Source: Candidatus Moraniibacteriota bacterium
GTDB lineage: Bacteria; Patescibacteriota; Minisyncoccia; Moranbacterales; UBA2206
Assembly: GCA_049303905.1 (NCBI GenBank)
Contig: JBAQNP010000011.1
Span: 2,020-66,019 of the forward strand
DNA: 64,000 bases
Direction: 5' to 3'
Shown here: positions 9,520 to 18,554 of the stretch, piece after piece
Layout of the letters: each line of letters opens with the position of its first letter
How positions within the stretch are numbered: position 1 is the stretch's first letter
Program-made: the position numbers and the translations under genes
Notes under the pieces: model-generated
What the model was told of the DNA's origin: nothing
Database searches by the model: none
What the model saw: the letters and a program-made list of their open reading frames with translations, nothing else

Positions 9520-9528
9520 ACTTTTTTA

Positions 9529-10269
9529 TTATACAAGTATCTCGAAAATGCCAAGTCCCTTATCCATTTTTCTCTCAATTAGTCTTTTCATCATTCTCTC
9601 AACTTTTGTAAGTTTTTTCAGTTTACCCATTTTCATTTCATATACCATATCAGCCATCAAGGCCAGACTATCTGCTATTTGTATATCATCATCAAGATTT
9701 AATTTATTTACCAAACTTAATGATGTAATTTTTCCACGATAATCTGAACCGTTTATGCCCTCTGAAGGAATTCCGACTCCTTGTAATCTAGTGTGAGCCT
9801 CAATTAAATATTTATCTTGAGCTGGATCTGATTCAACAATAATTTTTCCATAAATCTTATCCTTCAAATGTTTTTTAACAAATTCTTCTAATATTTTATG
9901 ATAAGATTTTCTAAGTATTGCAATTTCATTCCATCCTATCTTCCTAGCCTTACCTTTATCGGTTATCACAAATGCAGGAGATATTTTATCTGAATTTAAA
10001 ATAGTCGTGAATTCTGACCAAAATTGAATCTCCTTCTCTCTGTCTTCTCTAAAAAAAGCAAAGGGTCCCTTTCTGCGGATCATATCCCTGCAATGAAATA
10101 CGATTTCCTCATCATCAAAATGTTTCTTTTTTAATTTGCACATTGCCCTATTAAGCTGGGCTTTAAAACTTTCTGGAATAATTATTCCAGACAAAATAAA
10201 ATTTTTTGATTTATGCTTCAAACTAGCCTTTCCCGTTTCATCGATAGCTAAAATTTTATATTTTTTCAT
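9529..10269 (-). CDS. DUF3800 family protein
   Basis: N-terminal KILAIDETGKAS matches the DUF3800 signature (YIDESG-like start); 246 aa. Confidence 0.55.
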   Translation of the reverse strand: MKKYKILAIDETGKASLKHKSKNFILSGIIIPESFKAQLNRAMCKLKKKHFDDEEIVFHCRDMIRRKGPFAFFREDREKEIQFWSEFTTILNSDKISPAFVITDKGKARKIGWNEIAILRKSYHKILEEFVKKHLKDKIYGKIIVESDPAQDKYLIEAHTRLQGVGIPSEGINGSDYRGKITSLSLVNKLNLDDDIQIADSLALMADMVYEMKMGKLKKLTKVERMMKRLIERKMDKGLGIFEILV

Positions 10270-10397
10270 AATTTTCCGATGGATCTACTTTTATATTCGA
10301 CAAAAAAAACCGCAAATGAATTGGATGAACATTTATTTTAGTTGCAATGTTTTGTATTGTTTCCTGTGTCATTTTTATTTTCTATTTTAAAACTCAA

Positions 10398-10448
10398 TGA
10401 TATTATATCACTCTGCATAATTTTGGCAAGTCTTGGATTGTGGATAAC
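10398..10448 (-). promoter_or_regulatory. conserved promoter cassette with DnaA box (copy 2)
   Basis: Minus-strand read gTTATCCACAatccaagacTTGCCAaaattatgcagagTGaTATAAT; aligns with 3609-3668 and 47452-47505. Confidence 0.55.
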
Positions 10449-10940
10449 CTTACTTCCCGCCTCATCGGCGGACAGGTTTCCAATCACTAATTACAAAATT
10501 CTCCCTATTAAAAAATTTAAATTTTATTGGCACTTCAAGCATAATTTTAGAAAAATAACTAAACTTTTTATATAAACTAAATCCCTGTTTTTGTTTATGT
10601 TGTCAACTACAATATAAACTAACTTTTAAAAAGGCTTATTAATTTTCAACTCACTAATTACAAAATTCTTCCTACTAAATATCGCTTCGCTATTAAACAG
10701 AGTAAACCCCAACTTTTTTCACCCCCACCCCGAATTAATTATGCTATTCTCACTCTTTAATTCTACCCCCATCCCCCCTTTTCGTAAAGAAAAAGCCCGG
10801 ATCGGACTTTTTCTTTTTTTTGCGAATTTTTCTAATTTTCAACCCCAATTTTCCAAACACCTTTTTCCAAAGTTTTCACGCTTTTGTCAATATAATCGTG
10901 AAAATGTGGTTAAAATTAGTGCATTTTCACGGTTTTGACT

Positions 10941-11663
10941 TTAGCTTTGAAATTTCGGGATTTTGTTTTCGGCTGGTCGGCCGGCTTTTTTCCAAGCGGA
11001 AAAAGTGTTAAATTTTGCATAACTAATGGCGATAATTTTTTCTTTGGGTTCGCTTTTCCCGCAGGTGCGAGAAAAATAAACAACATATTCGGGTTTTTTT
11101 ATCCAGCTCAAAGAATCAGCCAATGCAAAAAGATCTGAAACTACCTTGTCAGTTTTTTCCTCAAAATCAGAGAAGGTGCTCACTTCAAAAATCATTTTAA
11201 CATTTCCTCTTTCACTGTTCACGATTACATCCGCTTCGATATAGTGCTTGCCTTCTTTCGGTCCGACTTTGACATATCTCCCAAGTTCAACAAGTTCAAA
11301 TGGATATTTATATTTCTCAACTAATTCTACATAAAGTTGAGCTTTAACAAGATTCTCTTCCTGCTCCTTTGATTCCTGCTTGTCTCCGGATAAATAAACC
11401 ACTCTGGATTCGTCGCGGATAATCAGAGTCTTGGCAAAAACTTGCGAAGCATACTTTCTTTCTCCTTTGTCAGCTAGACAAAATCCTTTGTTATTATTTT
11501 TATTTTCCAGAAGTGTTTCGAATTTTTCTGCTGAAAGAACCACCATCTTAGGACACCCTCTTTCTGTGAGAGTATAGTATGTATCACCTTTTTGCACTTC
11601 TTCGGCAATGTTAAAAATATTTTTTCTGGCCGATGTGATCGACAAAGTTGTTTTTGTACGCAT
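10941..11663 (-). CDS. fusion protein: N-terminal Phd/YefM antitoxin-like domain + C-terminal restriction-endonuclease-fold (HsdR-N/PD-(D/E)XK-like) domain
   Basis: N-terminal TLSITSARKNIFNIAEEVQKGDTYYTLTERGCPKMVVLSAEKFETL is YefM-like. C-terminal HYIEADVIVNSERGNVKMIFEVS resembles the D...E.K core. Confidence 0.5.
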   Translation of the reverse strand: MRTKTTLSITSARKNIFNIAEEVQKGDTYYTLTERGCPKMVVLSAEKFETLLENKNNNKGFCLADKGERKYASQVFAKTLIIRDESRVVYLSGDKQESKEQEENLVKAQLYVELVEKYKYPFELVELGRYVKVGPKEGKHYIEADVIVNSERGNVKMIFEVSTFSDFEEKTDKVVSDLFALADSLSWIKKPEYVVYFSRTCGKSEPKEKIIAISYAKFNTFSAWKKAGRPAENKIPKFQS

Positions 11664-11714
11664 TTTTTATTTTTAATTTAGAAGTTATGCGTACATAATA
11701 GCGTACATAGCATT

Positions 11715-12380
11715 TTATAGCAAGCCCTCACACTTCAAACTCAAAAAAGAATTTTCACTCACAATCACATGATCCGTTATTTCAATCCCAAGTATGTTTC
11801 CCGCTTCTACTAAGCGCTTGGTGATTTCCAAATCATCTTGCGAAGGATTCACGTCCCCTGACGGATGGTTGTGGCAAATTATTATCTGCGCAGCACAGTG
11901 GCGAATAGCCGGTTCGAAAACTTCCCGCGGATGAATTAAATTGGCGTTGAGAATTCCGACAGAGATAATTTCCCGTTGGATTTTTTGATTGCGCGTGTCC
12001 AAGTAGAAAACTACGAAATGTTCTTTCTTATTATCACGAATATCTTTCAAATTTTCCCACGTATCACGTGGGGACAAAATCAACTCAGTTTTTTTGCCAT
12101 TGAGAAATCTCCTGCCCAATTCAAAACAAGCTAAAATCTCCGCCGATTTGACCGGGCCAAGTCCGAAAGTTTTTTTGAGCTCAGAAAAACTCGCCTGAGA
12201 AATTCCCTCTCGGCCGAATTTTCGCAGAATTTTTTTAGAAATTTCAACCACACTCAAATCTTTTGTTCCACTTCGAAGAATTATCGCCAGAAGTTCCGAA
12301 TCAGACAGTTTCCCTGGACCATATTTTTCCATTTTTTCCCGCGGTCGATCGATACGCGGAATATCTTTTATTCTTGACAT
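11715..12380 (-). CDS. radC: RadC / UPF0758 JAB-domain protein
   Basis: JAMM motif HNHPSG and the SDSELLAIILRSGT helix-hairpin-helix region. Promoter TTGCAA-N16-TGGTATAAT ends 6 nt before the ATG, so likely leaderless. Confidence 0.85.
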   Translation of the reverse strand: MSRIKDIPRIDRPREKMEKYGPGKLSDSELLAIILRSGTKDLSVVEISKKILRKFGREGISQASFSELKKTFGLGPVKSAEILACFELGRRFLNGKKTELILSPRDTWENLKDIRDNKKEHFVVFYLDTRNQKIQREIISVGILNANLIHPREVFEPAIRHCAAQIIICHNHPSGDVNPSQDDLEITKRLVEAGNILGIEITDHVIVSENSFLSLKCEGLL

Positions 12381-12418
12381 AATGATATTATACCACTAAA
12401 AAATATTTTTGCAATATC

Positions 12419-12691
12419 CTACTCTACCCTATTTTTTTCTTCCGGCTTATCTTTTAAAATCCGTACTAAATACAAGCTCACAATAACTACTCCCAAAGTG
12501 ATAACAACCGCATAGATAAACTTAGCCCACAAACTGTTTTGCTCTAGCGGGAAGAAATATTCAATAGAAGATTTGATTGCATCGTTCCAAGCAAATCCAG
12601 CTACTAGCCCCAAGCCAGCTGTAATATAACCGGCGATTTTGTTTCTTACTTCCCGATTAATGTCGGAAACTTGCTCGCGAATTTTTTTCAT
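12419..12691 (-). CDS. small two-TM membrane protein, hypothetical
   Basis: 90 aa; GYITAGLGLVAGFAW and YAVVITLGVVIVSLYLV helices. Confidence 0.45.
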   Translation of the reverse strand: MKKIREQVSDINREVRNKIAGYITAGLGLVAGFAWNDAIKSSIEYFFPLEQNSLWAKFIYAVVITLGVVIVSLYLVRILKDKPEEKNRVE

Positions 12692-12790
12692 TTTATTAGC
12701 TTTACGAAATACGAAATTAATACTAAATACAAGCCTCGCGTCGACAAGCGGTCTCCGCGAGTCGAGGCGGGCGAAAGTACGAAAAAATAA

Positions 12791-13699
12791 TTATTCCTTT
12801 ATTTTCGTATTTCGCTCATTTCGTAGTTCGTAAATATTTAATATATATTCAAAAACTTTTCCCGCCGCGCAAGAATAAACATTGTGTTCACCAAAACGTG
12901 GCACGAAAAATTCTTGTGTTTTATTATTATGTTTTAACCAAAATTTTTGTCCGTTTTTTTGTTTTTCGATTTTCTCAATTTGAAAAATTACCGGAGCATC
13001 AGTTTTTCCAAAAAATTCTACTCGAGCGCGCGTTTTTTTGGACAAATTTCTCACTCGAGCATTATCATAATTCAAAATTAGTGCACCATCTTTTTTAGAA
13101 CGCCGAGCCAAGTATGCATATTCTAAGAATAAATTATCCATTCCGGAAAAAGACTCGACGTAGCGTTGATTAATTTCAGAAATTATGGAAATTCTTGGTC
13201 TCACAATAGAAAGCAAATAGCGCATATCCCCTTTTTGGGAAACCCCCAGCTCGAGCACTAAGTACTCAGGAAAGTTTTTTTGAAAAATTGCGAGAAAAGA
13301 CTTCGCAATAATCGGAAGCCATGCACGATAGGAATTATATCCGCTCTCAACATTGAGAATGGCCAAGGGCAAACCAATTTCGGTATTGAAATTTTTTGGA
13401 TTCGCTCGGACTGTTTTTCCTTTTTCTTTCAAAATTTTTCTAATTTCATCCCGAATGAAAGTTTTGTTCGAACTGCCAGAAATTGCCACAATAGTCGGCC
13501 GATGAACAGCCAAGACTATTTTTGTCACATACTTCAAATAATATTTCAGAATTGTTTTGCAAAAAAATTTCATACTTTTTAATAACTCTTCGTACTTTTT
13601 CTCTCCGCGAGAAAATATTCTCCCCTTACTTTTCTTTGCCTCAAAGAAAAGTAACAAAAGAAAGTGGCCATCCGAGCTCATAGAAAGATAAATTTTCAA
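12791..13699 (-). CDS. Mur ligase family protein, MurF-like central domain only (C-terminal domain absent)
   Basis: P-loop TIVAISGSSNKT and NTEIGLPLAIL (MurF NxEIGxP). Only ~227 aa follow the P-loop, so the Mur ligase C-terminal domain is missing. The N-terminal 40-70 aa may be over-extended. Confidence 0.5.
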   Translation of the reverse strand: MKIYLSMSSDGHFLLLLFFEAKKSKGRIFSRGEKKYEELLKSMKFFCKTILKYYLKYVTKIVLAVHRPTIVAISGSSNKTFIRDEIRKILKEKGKTVRANPKNFNTEIGLPLAILNVESGYNSYRAWLPIIAKSFLAIFQKNFPEYLVLELGVSQKGDMRYLLSIVRPRISIISEINQRYVESFSGMDNLFLEYAYLARRSKKDGALILNYDNARVRNLSKKTRARVEFFGKTDAPVIFQIEKIEKQKNGQKFWLKHNNKTQEFFVPRFGEHNVYSCAAGKVFEYILNIYELRNERNTKIKE

Positions 13700-13830
13700 C
13701 TTTTTTGCTAAAATTTATAACTCTCCGCCAACTGGCGGATCAAACAGGATAAATTTTTTAACGCGAAAAAGTTTCAATTTATTTCTTTTTATTTCGCAAG
13801 GATGGGGTGAAATACGAAATGCATTTTTTG

Positions 13831-15015
13831 TTAAATTTTAAATATTTTTTCCATCCTATCAAACGCTCGGTTGATGTCGTGCTCGGTTCGGCCAAAACTC
13901 AAACGAATGTGACCTTCACCACTTGGACCAAAGGCCACTCCTGGGACAACTGCTACCTGAGCTTTTTCTAGCATCCAAAAAGCAAATCTGAAAGAAAAAC
14001 TTTCCGGTGCTTCGATTGAACCAAAGTCAAAATCTTTTTTTATAATTTTTGGGAAAACATAATAAGCGCTTTCTGGTCGAACATAGCTGAAAATATGTTT
14101 CAGCTTATCCAGGCGAGCACAAACTAAATCTCGCCGTTTCAGATATTGTTTATTGAAAAAAATCACATCCTTTTCCGCCATTTCTAACGCCCCCATAGCT
14201 GCATACTGAGAAATAACTGGGGCGCAAGTGACAAGAGAATCATGCACTTTCAAAATTTCAGCAACAATACTTTCATCCGAGTGGAGATATCCGACGCGAT
14301 ACCCTGTCATGGCATAGGATTTAGAGAAACTAAATAGTCGGATGACTCTTTTTCGAAGCTCTGGAATTTCCGCTAAACTAAAAATTTTTTCTTTTCGAGC
14401 AAAAGTAAAATCCTTGTACACTTCATCTGAAATCAAAAATAAATTATGTTTTTTGGCGAGCTCAGCTAATCCCAAAAGCTGTTCCTTGGAATAGATAGTG
14501 CCGGTGGGATTATTGGGATTACAATAGAAAATGGCTTTGGTTTTTGGGGTGATAGCTTTCTCAAATTTTTCCAGTTCAAAACTCCAATCTTTTTCTTCAT
14601 TGAGTCCCACAAAAACTGGCGTGCAACCGCAAAGAATAATCACTTCGCGATACGAGGTATAAGTTGGTTCAGGGATAATTATCTCATCTCCTGAATTTGT
14701 GATTGCCAATAGCGTGGCGGTTATTCCTTCAATTGAACCAGCAGTCACAATGATTTCTTTTTCAAAATCATAAAACATATTATCCTGGGCCAACTTGACT
14801 TCAATCAGTTCGCGAAGTTCCGAAAGTCCCGGAGAAAGTGAATATTTGGAAACAACACCATTTTTAAGTGCCAACTCCACTCGCCTTTTTATCCCTGACG
14901 GCGTATCAAAACTTGGCACGCCCTGCGCCAAAGAAATGACATCTGGAAACTTGGAAGCCCGAAGCTCCATCTGCTTTATCACTGAAAGTCGAAGATCTTT
15001 TGTGCGTTCAAACAT
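13831..15015 (-). CDS. PLP-dependent aminotransferase, class I/II (AspAT family; could be DapL-like)
   Basis: NPNNPTG and the SFSKSYAMTGYRVGY PLP-lysine motif; 394 aa. Confidence 0.8.
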   Translation of the reverse strand: MFERTKDLRLSVIKQMELRASKFPDVISLAQGVPSFDTPSGIKRRVELALKNGVVSKYSLSPGLSELRELIEVKLAQDNMFYDFEKEIIVTAGSIEGITATLLAITNSGDEIIIPEPTYTSYREVIILCGCTPVFVGLNEEKDWSFELEKFEKAITPKTKAIFYCNPNNPTGTIYSKEQLLGLAELAKKHNLFLISDEVYKDFTFARKEKIFSLAEIPELRKRVIRLFSFSKSYAMTGYRVGYLHSDESIVAEILKVHDSLVTCAPVISQYAAMGALEMAEKDVIFFNKQYLKRRDLVCARLDKLKHIFSYVRPESAYYVFPKIIKKDFDFGSIEAPESFSFRFAFWMLEKAQVAVVPGVAFGPSGEGHIRLSFGRTEHDINRAFDRMEKIFKI

Positions 15016-15029
15016 TTTATAAGTAAAAA

Positions 15030-17396
15030 TTACTGCGATGAATTTCTAATAATATTTTCCAAAAATTCAACTGGATATATAGGTGGATTTTCTGCTAAAG
15101 CCTGATGAAAAATTACTGTCGAAGGAGTAAGTGCGGGAGTAGTATTCGCTTCTATAATTATCAATTCGCCAGACGCAATATTCATAAATGCATCGATTCG
15201 CACATAATTTTCCACACCCAAAGCATTGGCAACTATCTCCATTCGTTTCATAGCTTTTTCCACAACAGATTTAGGCACAAATTTTTCCGGCGGTGGCGTA
15301 ATATTTATTCCTGTTCCGCCTTGAAATTTCTCTTCTAAGGTTAGGACACTGCCCATTGCCACAGTCATGCTTGGCTTCATAGCTTGCATCTTTCCTTTCT
15401 TACCTATTAGCCCCATCGTTATCTCAATATAACCAGTTTTTTTCTGCCATAATATTTCTTTGCCAACCACTTTCACCTTATCAGTCACGATAAATTCTTC
15501 AAACATAATATCCTTCATCGGATTACTTGGCATCTCAATTATCCCGTGCTGATTTTTCAATAGACCATTTTCTATACAATTTTTATTAGCAATAATATGC
15601 TTTATGTAGATTCCTAAATCATTTGAATTGTGAAGTTGGGCTATGCCAGAACTGCAACCATCGTCCACTGGTTTTACGATAATATTTTTTGCATTTAACT
15701 CTTGAAGTAATTTCTTCCAATAATTTTCAAAATCTTTTTTTGCAAAATCCTTGAACATGCCAACTTTTTCTTTTTTCTTTTTAGCCGTATAAATTCCCTT
15801 ACAGGATAATTCTTTAACCACCTCCCCTGTCATATATTTATCCATTGAAAGCTTTGATGACGCAGAACCCGAACCATTAAATGCTAACTTAGCTTTTTCT
15901 AACATTGCCTGCAGAGTTCCATCCTCGCCTATTCCGCCGTGCAAACCAATAAAGACGTACTTCGAATTTTTGATGAAATTTTTCAGAGTAATTTTTTTAG
16001 GTAATATTAATTTTTCATTTATGTCCCCTGATTCCGGACTTAATTTATCAATAACTCTTTGAATTAATATTTTCAGCCTAGCCTCATCTTGAGGCGCATT
16101 TTTGCAAGTTTCTGTAATTTCCTCAACAGTATGATTTAGAGTAAGTGAATAAGGCAGATGCCAGACATTACGATCAATATCCAATAGGTATGGCTCGGGT
16201 GAATATAGTTTTGATTTTTTTAATTTTAGCCACGCATTTGTGCCACTCATAACTGAGACTTGTCTTTCAGCTGTATCGCCACCAAATATAACATTAATTT
16301 TTTTCTTTTCTGTTAAGTTTTTTTTCTTTTTTGGAAATTTTAAATTATATCTTCGGCAAGCATTTTTCACAACATAGCTCAAAAAATCACCGTGACTCAT
16401 CCCTATTTTTGCCGACTGCATAAACAAGAAACTATTTTGTTCCATGCCACTAATGGGATTGAAATCGGAAAACCAAATTTTTCCATCCGGCAATAGCCAC
16501 CCATCAAAACGTGCAAAATCACGCATACCAAAGAGAGTAAAAATTTGCTGGGCTTGAATCTGTATCCTTTCAATCACATCATTGTCAAATCTTGGTGGAC
16601 AATGATAAGTAACCTGCCTGGTTGCTAAATATTTTTTTCGATAATCGAAAATATTATAATCCTTATTATGAATTTCTATTTCTGTGGGGATAATAGAAAC
16701 GGGTTGCCCAAATCTGTTTTGAAGGATTATTACGGTAAATTCAATACCCCTGCAAAAAGGTTCGATAACCACCCGATCATCAACGCTGTCAAAAATTATC
16801 TGTGCATTCTTGATTGCTCCCCTAAAATCATCCGCCACATAAACTGCAATTGATGAGCCTCCGTTAGCCGGTTTGACAATGGCCTTTTTTATTTTATTTT
16901 CTATAAAAAAATTTCTAACGGCCTTATCGTTATTTTTCCCTTTTTTTATGACAACTGAAGGAAGAGTATGGAAATTATATTTTTTTATATATTCATTGGC
17001 GTTGTATTTATCAAAAGCCTTTTTGCAAGCATTAGATGAAGAACCCACAAAAGAAATATCATTTTTTTCAAGCAATTCTTGAATTTCTCCATCTTCGCCA
17101 AATTTTCCGTGAATAACCGGGAAAACTAAATCGAATTTTTTCAAATACTCTACTAGCTCCTTCTGATTTAATGGTTTTGAATTTTGAGCTAATTTGAAAT
17201 CAAAATCTGACGGAGTGTTTGAATATAGCATTGCTCGCGAAATTTTGTACGCCTTTTTATTTTGATCAAAATATATCGGAAGGATATCTAGGGACGCTGA
17301 CTGAAGATGATCACATACTGAACGAGCAGAATTCAAAGAAATTCCTCGCTCAAGAGATGGCCCTCCGCATAATAAAGCTAATTTAAATTTTTTCAT
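15030..17396 (-). CDS. ddl: tandem fusion of two D-Ala-D-Ala-ligase-family ATP-grasp modules
   Basis: Module 1: LALLCGGPSLERGISLNSA, FPVIHGKFGEDGEIQELLE, ARFDGWLLPDGKIWFSDFNPISGM. Module 2: INVIFGGDTAERQVSVMSGTNA, VFIGLHGGIGEDGTLQAMLE, VRIDAFMNIASGELIIIEANTTPALT. Confidence 0.8.
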   Translation of the reverse strand: MKKFKLALLCGGPSLERGISLNSARSVCDHLQSASLDILPIYFDQNKKAYKISRAMLYSNTPSDFDFKLAQNSKPLNQKELVEYLKKFDLVFPVIHGKFGEDGEIQELLEKNDISFVGSSSNACKKAFDKYNANEYIKKYNFHTLPSVVIKKGKNNDKAVRNFFIENKIKKAIVKPANGGSSIAVYVADDFRGAIKNAQIIFDSVDDRVVIEPFCRGIEFTVIILQNRFGQPVSIIPTEIEIHNKDYNIFDYRKKYLATRQVTYHCPPRFDNDVIERIQIQAQQIFTLFGMRDFARFDGWLLPDGKIWFSDFNPISGMEQNSFLFMQSAKIGMSHGDFLSYVVKNACRRYNLKFPKKKKNLTEKKKINVIFGGDTAERQVSVMSGTNAWLKLKKSKLYSPEPYLLDIDRNVWHLPYSLTLNHTVEEITETCKNAPQDEARLKILIQRVIDKLSPESGDINEKLILPKKITLKNFIKNSKYVFIGLHGGIGEDGTLQAMLEKAKLAFNGSGSASSKLSMDKYMTGEVVKELSCKGIYTAKKKKEKVGMFKDFAKKDFENYWKKLLQELNAKNIIVKPVDDGCSSGIAQLHNSNDLGIYIKHIIANKNCIENGLLKNQHGIIEMPSNPMKDIMFEEFIVTDKVKVVGKEILWQKKTGYIEITMGLIGKKGKMQAMKPSMTVAMGSVLTLEEKFQGGTGINITPPPEKFVPKSVVEKAMKRMEIVANALGVENYVRIDAFMNIASGELIIIEANTTPALTPSTVIFHQALAENPPIYPVEFLENIIRNSSQ

Positions 17397-17410
17397 TCTA
17401 GTAAATCTTA

Positions 17411-17941
17411 TTATTCAATACAACAGTCGATGGCTTTTCGCACTAATTCGCCAAGTTTACCCATAAAACCTGATTTCACTTCATCATTTTTATCAATCGC
17501 CTGTTCATCAATTTTTTTCACGTCCCCAGTGCTAATAACTTTCATGTTTATCCCCCAGAATAAAGAATAGAGGTCATAAGCTTTTTGGAATAGTTCACGC
17601 GCCTCTTCTTTTTTGCCCATGCCTTGCTGTTTAGTACCCACTTCCATGAGACGCATCGAGGCTGCCAAAAGATGTTTTGAAATACACCAGACTTCCCCTT
17701 CCGGTTCTTTGACAATTTTTCGAAGCAAATCTCCTCGCATTTTTCTCACTTCTTGCAAGAGATCAAAATATTCCGGTTTACCTAATTTTGCGCCAGTAAA
17801 AAAGAAATGTTCTTCGATACTCACTAAATTCATAATCGCAATTGACAAATCTTGATCCGAACTCAAATCAAGCTTGTCCTGCTTTTTCATGGTGTCGACT
17901 TTTTCAATTAGTTCATTAAGATTGTTGATTGGATTGTTCAT
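17411..17941 (-). CDS. hypothetical protein
   Basis: 176-aa ORF, no motif recognised. Confidence 0.4.
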   Translation of the reverse strand: MNNPINNLNELIEKVDTMKKQDKLDLSSDQDLSIAIMNLVSIEEHFFFTGAKLGKPEYFDLLQEVRKMRGDLLRKIVKEPEGEVWCISKHLLAASMRLMEVGTKQQGMGKKEEARELFQKAYDLYSLFWGINMKVISTGDVKKIDEQAIDKNDEVKSGFMGKLGELVRKAIDCCIE

Positions 17942-18018
17942 AATGTTTCACATTTACGAAATTACGAATTAAGCGAAAGTACGAATTCGTAATTTAGTTA
18001 GATTCGTATTTTCGTAAA

Positions 18019-18534
18019 TTAACATGTTAAAAAATAAAAAACGCCACTCATAATTCCCAGTATTGCGACTGGCACAACCACTTTTTGAAATGGGAAAAAA
18101 ACTTTGTCATTATTTTTCTTTTTGAGATATGCGTTTAAAAATACCGCCACAAGGAAAAAAATACTACCTGAAATTATCCCGAGCAACAATTTGTCCATTC
18201 CCCAAAGCTTATTGGCCGGATGTCCAATCATCTCACTTCTATACAACGGTCCGATAGTAAAAACATAGAATAGGCCGGCGACTAGAATTTTTCTGAAATA
18301 AAATTTTATATTTTTCCTTTTCAGCCAATCAATTGTCCAAATTATCATTGAAACCAAAAGTCCTCCAATCCAAAGACCGGAAATTGTATCGTCAATTCCC
18401 AAGTATTGCGAAAGTCCCACGCAAGCACTCACCGCTACCACACAAACAGGGCAAACTGCCTGCGCACCGCGGGCAAAAAGAAAAATTACCGTTAGTAGAA
18501 AAATTATTAAATATTTTTTAAATTCATTGTTCAT
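18019..18534 (-). CDS. polytopic membrane protein with CPVC motif
   Basis: 171 aa, 4-5 TM segments, CxxC directly after the first TM. Confidence 0.45.
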   Translation of the reverse strand: MNNEFKKYLIIFLLTVIFLFARGAQAVCPVCVVAVSACVGLSQYLGIDDTISGLWIGGLLVSMIIWTIDWLKRKNIKFYFRKILVAGLFYVFTIGPLYRSEMIGHPANKLWGMDKLLLGIISGSIFFLVAVFLNAYLKKKNNDKVFFPFQKVVVPVAILGIMSGVFYFLTC

Positions 18535-18554
18535 TGTTCTTTGTTCGTTGATTA

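Noticed and set aside
13831-17396. Calling the aminotransferase/Ddl cluster a confirmed novel biosynthetic system
   Set aside because: All three proteins also fit ordinary peptidoglycan precursor roles (DapL-like, Ddl, MurF). Only the tandem fusion and the Mur truncation are unusual, so it is reported as a finding to check rather than a system.
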